A stretch of DNA of 64,000 bases, from positions 69,688 through 133,687 of the forward strand of contig JAJXYN010000012.1 of NCBI GenBank assembly GCA_021780535.1, read 5' to 3'. Shown piece after piece: positions 58,389-64,000 of this stretch. A program made the translations under genes and the position numbers. The notes under the pieces are model-generated. The model had not been told where the DNA came from. It did not search any database and saw only the letters and a list, made by a program, of their open reading frames with translations. Source of the stretch: a bacterium. GTDB taxonomy: Bacteria > Patescibacteriota > Patescibacteriia > JAGPKW01. Positions within the stretch are counted from its first letter, which is position 1. Every line of letters starts with the position of its first letter.

Positions 58389-59688
58389 GAAAAGAAAAAG
58401 TAATAATTTAATATTGATTTTTGTAATACTAATATTGTTACCATCTCTTTTTATTATTCCTATTGTAAATGTTGTATTGAAAAATGTTGGAATAGGTGAT
58501 GTATTTCGTTCTAATCCTTTATTTGCCATTATATCATCTATTGCTTCATCTATCTCTGTTATTATTGGTATTTTAGTTGTTTATAGACAAATAGAAAAAG
58601 AAAAGAAAATTAATTCTAATACTTTTTTGATAAGTCTTAATGATTATTTTGCTACAGATGAAAATATTAAAAGATGTTTTCATAAATTAATGAAGCTTGA
58701 GAAAAGAAAGTATTCTTTTAGTGTTTATGAAAAAGAATTTAAGACTGATGAAGATAAATATGATTTGCTTGAATATTTGAATTTTATGGAAAGTCTTCAA
58801 TATTTTATTGCGGAAAGAGTTATTAAGATAAGTGAAATAAACGAATTATTTTCAAAAAGATTTTTTATAGCCATTAATAGCCCGTATATTCAAGAAATAA
58901 AACTTAAAAAATATGATTATTCTTGGGTGAGTTTATATAGACTTGCTAGGTCTTTGATTGACTACAGAAGAGAGAAAGGATACCAGGTGCCATATGAACA
59001 ATATTCCCTAGAAAATATGCCAAATTATGAAAAATACTCAAAAGGGTATTATGATCATAAGTCTTTAATGGCAAATTATTTTAAATTGTTTATTGTAGCC
59101 TCTACCGTATTTTTAATTACTTTTTTTATAGTATTACATTTTGTGTTCAGCTTGCAACTTCAAGATACTTCTAAGGCTATATCTATAACCGGAGTTATAA
59201 TTGGAGCTTTGGCTTTGTTATTTCAGAAAATTGAAGAAAATAATATTGATAGAGCAAGGTTTTTGTTTGAATTGAATAAAATTTTTTTAAGTAAACAACT
59301 TTTCGGAGATGTCTATATGGCTACAACTAAAAATTTTTATCGCAATGAACCTTTTGATGAAAAGCATAATTATGTAAAACATTTAAGCAAAATTGATGCT
59401 GTACAGTACCTTTCTTTTTTTGAAGAACTATATATTTTAATAAATAAAAAAATTATTAATATTCAAGAAGCGAGTTTTTTTTTCAGTCATAAATTTTTTG
59501 CAGTTGTTAATAATAAATTCTTTTTAAAAATGTTTATATTAAAAAATAAAAAAAATCTATTAAATATATATAAACTTTTTAAAATATTTGACGACTGTGT
59601 TATAAAGTATGCAACCTATGAAGATGGAAAATATGTTTTAAAAAATATTGATAAAAATTATTATAATTTGATAAATAATATAAAATAA
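58387..59688 (+). CDS. Membrane protein paralogous to 56294-57586
   Basis: YRQIEK.KK.NS, FKTDEDKY, ISEIN.LFSKRFFIAIN.PYIQE shared. Confidence 0.75.
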   Translation: MKRKSNNLILIFVILILLPSLFIIPIVNVVLKNVGIGDVFRSNPLFAIISSIASSISVIIGILVVYRQIEKEKKINSNTFLISLNDYFATDENIKRCFHKLMKLEKRKYSFSVYEKEFKTDEDKYDLLEYLNFMESLQYFIAERVIKISEINELFSKRFFIAINSPYIQEIKLKKYDYSWVSLYRLARSLIDYRREKGYQVPYEQYSLENMPNYEKYSKGYYDHKSLMANYFKLFIVASTVFLITFFIVLHFVFSLQLQDTSKAISITGVIIGALALLFQKIEENNIDRARFLFELNKIFLSKQLFGDVYMATTKNFYRNEPFDEKHNYVKHLSKIDAVQYLSFFEELYILINKKIINIQEASFFFSHKFFAVVNNKFFLKMFILKNKKNLLNIYKLFKIFDDCVIKYATYEDGKYVLKNIDKNYYNLINNIK

Positions 59689-59689
59689 T

Positions 59690-60763
59690 ATGGAAAAATA
59701 TAAAATAAATATTTTAACAGGAGGAAATTCTTCAGAATATTATTCTTCTGTTAAATCTTATGAGAATATTATTGATATTTTGAATAAAAAAAAATCAAAA
59801 ATAAAAATAGAAAATGTTTTTTTTATTCAAAAAGATTTTGTTATTGTACATAATTCAAAGAAGTTACCAAAAAATGAGAAAGAACTTCATAAGGGTGGTA
59901 TTAAAATTGATATATTTAATTTACCAGAAGAATTAAAAAAAACAGATATTTATTCTTTTTCTTTATTAATGGGTAACCATGGTGAAGATGGTGATATTCA
60001 GGGCCTTGCTGAATTTTATGATTTAAATGGTTCTTTTGGTAGAGTTGCTTCATCTTCTTGTTCTATGAATAAGAATATGATGTCTAGAATAATAAAATCA
60101 GACTTTGATCCCAGTTTGTTAAAAATTATTCCTGAAATTAAAATAACAAAAAGTACAAAAATTAGTGAAATAAATAAATTCATAGATTCTTTAAATTCTG
60201 AATATTTTGTGATAAAACCAAATAAATTAGGTTCTTCTATATTAACTTATAAAATTGATAGAAATAAAATTATTAATTTTATAAAGAACAATAAAAGTAT
60301 TTTTAAATACGATGATCAATTTTTATTACAGGAATTTATATTAGGAAGCGATATCACGGTTGGTATTTTTGAAAATGAAAATAAAATAATAATCTTAGAT
60401 CCTATAGATCAGATAACAAAAAAACATTTTTTAGGTTATAACGAAAAACATGATGTAAGTAGTAGTATAAAAATGTCTTATAAAATTGAAGATAAATTGA
60501 AAGATAAATTAACAAACATATCAAAGACTATTTTTGAAAACTATTTTGAAAATTATGTTAGAATAGATTATGTGGTTAATGATTATGGTATATATTTTTT
60601 AGAGGTTAATACAATACCTGGCTTAACAAAATATAGTCCATTTACATTAATGTTAGATAAAAGAAATATTTCTATTGATTCTATGATATGCGGTTTTATT
60701 GAAAAATCTCTAAAAATAAAGAAATTGGATATAGATTTTGATAAATTTAAAATGAAAGGTTAA
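59690..60763 (+). CDS. D-Ala-D-Ala ligase-like ATP-grasp enzyme (divergent)
   Basis: GGNSSEYYSS, GEDGDIQG, IKPNKLGSS, RIDY, FLEVNTIPGLT..S. Confidence 0.85.
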   Translation: MEKYKINILTGGNSSEYYSSVKSYENIIDILNKKKSKIKIENVFFIQKDFVIVHNSKKLPKNEKELHKGGIKIDIFNLPEELKKTDIYSFSLLMGNHGEDGDIQGLAEFYDLNGSFGRVASSSCSMNKNMMSRIIKSDFDPSLLKIIPEIKITKSTKISEINKFIDSLNSEYFVIKPNKLGSSILTYKIDRNKIINFIKNNKSIFKYDDQFLLQEFILGSDITVGIFENENKIIILDPIDQITKKHFLGYNEKHDVSSSIKMSYKIEDKLKDKLTNISKTIFENYFENYVRIDYVVNDYGIYFLEVNTIPGLTKYSPFTLMLDKRNISIDSMICGFIEKSLKIKKLDIDFDKFKMKG

Positions 60764-60913
60764 TAAAATTAAAATATTAGAGAAAACCAAGAGAAAGGCT
60801 AAAACTTTAAAAAGGCAATTAATTGAGGAGATTGATGAAAAGGATTTGAAGAAAAAAAATAAGGGCAACTAAAAGATTTCTCTTCTTTGTTACCCTGGGG
60901 CCGTATTTGTTGT

Positions 60914-61042
60914 TCAATACGGTCCGCTTTCGTTCGAAGTGTCCACGTCGTCGGTTTCGGTGTTGCCCTGCTCTTCTGCGGTGCTCATATCCGCACCGTC
61001 GTCTCCGCCAGTGAAATCATCGTCTGTGCTTTCTTCGGGCAT
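60914..61042 (-). CDS. Small acidic peptide (42 aa)
   Basis: Read manually: GGAGG-N7-ATG, MPEESTDDDFTGGDDGADMSTAEEQGNTETDDVDTSNESGPY; GC-rich patch. Confidence 0.6.
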   Translation of the reverse strand: MPEESTDDDFTGGDDGADMSTAEEQGNTETDDVDTSNESGPY

Positions 61043-61142
61043 TTTATGCCTCCAAACTATCTAGTATAGCTAGTATAAATACTTATGCTATTGTGTTATA
61101 TCTGAGATTAGAGTAGCATATTTAATAAAAAAAGTCAATTTT

Positions 61143-62138
61143 ATGAAGTATATTTTTAATATAAATAAAGATTTAAATTTTTTAGAATTTATTAGAAGTA
61201 TTTTAAAGTTTGAAAAAACTAATGGCTTTTTATTTAGTTGTAATACTTATTTTCATTCAATAATAGGTGATTTATCAGAGGAAGAAAAAATTGTTTTAAA
61301 TTATTTTGGAAATAAGTTTTTTACAGATGATTATATAATAGTTCATAACATTAAAATAAAATCTGGTTTAAGCTTTTTATGGAATATTTATTCTGATAAT
61401 TCTAAAATTTTAGAATTAGAAAATACCATAGAATGGAAAAATATGAAAGAAAAAATGTATTCTAAATTTGAAAATATATGGTCTATAGAATATCCAAAGC
61501 TTATTAAATGGAAGGAGATATTGGAAATTTATAATCATAATAATATAATAGATATTGTTTTAAAAGTTAATAATTTTTTTGATGTAGATAATGTGAATGA
61601 AATAAATATTAATTTGTTTATTAATGGGGATAAAAATTTTTCAGCAGGATACGCCAATCCTATTTCTGAAAACGTTTTTAATCTTTTTTTGTCTAATGTT
61701 GAAATAAAAAATACAGAAAATGTCTTATGTAATATTATTCATGAAACTGTTCATGTTTTAAATAATAAATCAGAATTATATAAAAGCTTATATAAAAAAC
61801 TTTATAATAAAAGGAAGAATGATATTTTAAGATTTAAAAATATAAATTGGAGGGTTTTAGCATTACCAGAAGTAATCGCGTATAATGTGTCTTCCGTAAA
61901 TTATCCAAGTAAAAGCTATATTGGCAGAAAAATATTCAATTCAATAAAATCAAAAGAATTTGTTGATGATCAGAGCATTAGAAGGGATAATTTTGCTTAT
62001 CGATATATAGAAGTTTCCTTTTTATGCTTAGAAAAAACAATAAAATATTTAGAAAATGATAAAAAAATGGATATAAATTATTTAGAATTTGTTTTTGATA
62101 ATTGGATAGAGTATTTGAATAAATTAAATGCACGATAA
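61143..62138 (+). CDS. Putative zincin metallopeptidase
   Basis: IIHETVH with a downstream E (LPEVIA). Confidence 0.6.
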   Translation: MKYIFNINKDLNFLEFIRSILKFEKTNGFLFSCNTYFHSIIGDLSEEEKIVLNYFGNKFFTDDYIIVHNIKIKSGLSFLWNIYSDNSKILELENTIEWKNMKEKMYSKFENIWSIEYPKLIKWKEILEIYNHNNIIDIVLKVNNFFDVDNVNEININLFINGDKNFSAGYANPISENVFNLFLSNVEIKNTENVLCNIIHETVHVLNNKSELYKSLYKKLYNKRKNDILRFKNINWRVLALPEVIAYNVSSVNYPSKSYIGRKIFNSIKSKEFVDDQSIRRDNFAYRYIEVSFLCLEKTIKYLENDKKMDINYLEFVFDNWIEYLNKLNAR

Positions 62139-62296
62139 ATTGTTGCAATGAAATTAAATTTGTAATGGATAAAAATAAAGACAAATTGAATTTTTTAGTC
62201 TTTTTTTGTTTGTTAATATCAAATTAATCGATTTATTAATATTCTATAAAATTGATGGTGTTATATTTTTTGATTATTAATTTAATTAGAAAATAT

Positions 62297-62924
62297 ATGT
62301 TTATAAAACATGATAAAAAATCAATTAGACTACCAAATTATGATTATTAGATAATTAATGAACGAAGTGAATATAATTATCTTATGCCGCTATGTCGGCG
62401 TCTAAAAATGATTTATATTTCATAACAATATGTACATATAATAAAAATAATTATTTTGGAAAAATTAAAAATGGGAAGATGGTGTTAAATTGGTGTGGGG
62501 GTGTTGTAAACGAATATTGGTTTGAGATACCAAAATATTTCCCATTTGTTAAATTGCATGAATTTGTAATTATGCCAAATCATATCCATGGAATTATTCA
62601 AATTGATAAAAAAATTTGTTATCATTTCACAATGTAGGGGCATGCCGTTTTTGTTTTGTAGGGGCATGCCATGGCATGCCCCTACGGGAATTCGGGAAAC
62701 AAATTTCAAATTCATTGCCAATAATTATAAATCATTTGAAAGGTGCAATTACACGAAAAATCAACAAAATCCAACCAAATTATTTCAAATGGCAATGTAA
62801 TTATTATGAACATATTATTCGTAATGAAAAATCATATCTGAAAATAATTAATTATATTATTAATAATCCGAAAATTTGGTATAGGGACAGGAATAATGTT
62901 AAAAATATTGACATTTTGATATAA
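62297..62924 (+). pseudogene. REP-associated tyrosine transposase (RAYT / IS200-like Y1), disrupted
   Basis: KSIRLPNYDY, YFITIC, FVIMPNHIHGII, WQ.NYYEHIIR and YIINNP. Interrupted by a 53-bp insert and a frameshift near the A-run at ~62610. Confidence 0.85.
62635..62685. repeat. GTAG-type REP palindromes inside the RAYT gene
   Basis: GTAGGGGCATGCC-AT-GGCATGCCCCTAC plus a preceding half copy. Confidence 0.8.
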
Positions 62925-62966
62925 AAAGTGTATTTTGAAGATGCAAAATCTTTATAGGAGGCTATC

Positions 62967-63827
62967 ATGAAGATTGGACGTCTTATCATGATCGCAGTGA
63001 TGCTGATGGTCGCATCCTTGACCATTTCCGCCCAGAGTGTGCCGAGGGACTTGCAAACGGAACTGTCGAAGTTCTGGCCGGATCAGGCCAGTCTCGACAA
63101 GAATGTTTGGCAGCTTTTCCCGGTGGACGTGTCGGAGATCGACGTGTACCCGGAAGGATTTTTCGCTATCAAAGCTCCTTTGGGTGGTTATGCTGAAGAA
63201 TTTTATGTCAGCGACCAGAGTAATGGGGCTGTCGAATTTGACTCAGAGTTCTATAAGCTAAACTTTGACAAAACTGCCCCAACTGTCAAAGGTCTTGTTT
63301 TCTACTTGAATTCGAAATATCATCCCAAAGATGTATATATCGGCATTATTTATGATGATCGAATTGTTAAGAGTAATATTGGGAAACAAAGAAACAAGGA
63401 CGATAAGGATGAGTTTAATAGGCCTTTCTATAAGGTAAACCAGGCTGACTTTAAGGCCGATAATGACCAAGATCCTGGAAGTTACGACACTGGTATTCCT
63501 ATCATCAGGTACGGTGCGAACAGCGAAAACAACCTCGTCGCAACGCCGAAGATGATCGTGAAGGTCTTCAAGGTTGCACATCCCGTTGGTGATTTCATGG
63601 AATATCATCAGGGACAAAAGTTGGAAAAAATTATTCTTGAGGGGCTTGACAAAAGCCAGCCGGAGAGTTTAAGAATAATCAAGGAGTTCCCTAATGATTA
63701 TTTTTACCCTCTCGATGTTGGTTTTGTTTTCGATGATAAAAAAGAAGAATTCTATGGTCTTTATGGAACATCTTCTGGTTATCTCATTCTTGCTTCCTTG
63801 GATTTTTTCGATAACTGGAAGCCGTAA
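62967..63827 (+). CDS. Secreted hypothetical protein
   Basis: GGAGG SD, signal peptide (…LTISA-Q), higher GC, and a terminator GACCC...GGGTCTTTTT after it. Confidence 0.75.
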   Translation: MKIGRLIMIAVMLMVASLTISAQSVPRDLQTELSKFWPDQASLDKNVWQLFPVDVSEIDVYPEGFFAIKAPLGGYAEEFYVSDQSNGAVEFDSEFYKLNFDKTAPTVKGLVFYLNSKYHPKDVYIGIIYDDRIVKSNIGKQRNKDDKDEFNRPFYKVNQADFKADNDQDPGSYDTGIPIIRYGANSENNLVATPKMIVKVFKVAHPVGDFMEYHQGQKLEKIILEGLDKSQPESLRIIKEFPNDYFYPLDVGFVFDDKKEEFYGLYGTSSGYLILASLDFFDNWKP

Positions 63828-64000
63828 ATAACCTGACCCTTTCGTGCTTGATTGCACGATCGGGTCTTTTTATTTTGTATTAAATTTGCTTATTATATCT
63901 AAGTGTTTAATTGACTTTTATGGTAAAATGTTGTATAATTTATATATCAAATTTTAGGAGGCACTCTTGTGAACTACAAGATTGTAAGAAAAAAAGAAAC

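Noticed and set aside
60887-61069. Plus-strand 60-aa ORF from the track
   Set aside because: TTG start without an SD. The minus-strand 42-aa ORF with GGAGG explains the GC-rich patch better.
5841-63857. Numerous short antisense or overlapping ORFs in the track (e.g. 22192-22542, 37497-37958, 44915-45265, 57651-58034)
   Set aside because: They are shadow frames of well-supported genes on the opposite strand or in another frame.
1-64000. Alternative genetic code 25 (TGA=Gly) as in Gracilibacteria/Absconditabacteria
   Set aside because: Conserved genes translate full length under code 11 with no in-frame TGA.

Overview
Very AT-rich bacterial DNA, most likely Patescibacteria/CPR (inference from the contiguous infA-rpmJ-rpsM-rpsK-rpsD-rpoA-rplQ-rplM-rpsI order, RpoA without an alpha-CTD, SD-less core genes, and the CPR-type VirD4/HerA-like ATPase). 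Genetic code 11. (1) 1-17.7 kb is an accessory region. It holds a large serine recombinase split at a CCC-TAA +1 site, two interleaved pairs of direct repeats (A-B-A-B) framing orphan gene blocks, and a TaqI-family endonuclease facing a LexA-DNA methyltransferase fusion. (2) 17.8-25.5 kb is core genes. (3) A ~17.2 kb element is integrated in the last codons of rpsI (core CAATGGGCAAA at 25478 and 42686). It carries a phage-type replication initiator, six putative structural/nuclease genes with no recognisable terminase, portal, HK97 capsid or Zot ATPase, and a ~0.6 kb hairpin array that includes a ~210-nt rod with two inverted tyrosine-recombinase-type core sites. It also carries a short second tyrosine recombinase, endolysin plus holin, defence cargo (RM, DUF2130, KTSC, OLD-family nuclease), an HTH excisionase and an integrase. 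This element is the best candidate for an undescribed system. (4) 43-56 kb contains serS, mreB, a glycosyltransferase, an ECF-sigma/MacAB-type operon and tRNA-Glu. (5) 56-64 kb contains a racemase plus Ddl-like ligase operon with paralogous membrane proteins, small orphan peptides and a disrupted REP-associated tyrosine transposase. All assignments come from visual motif recognition; no searches were run.
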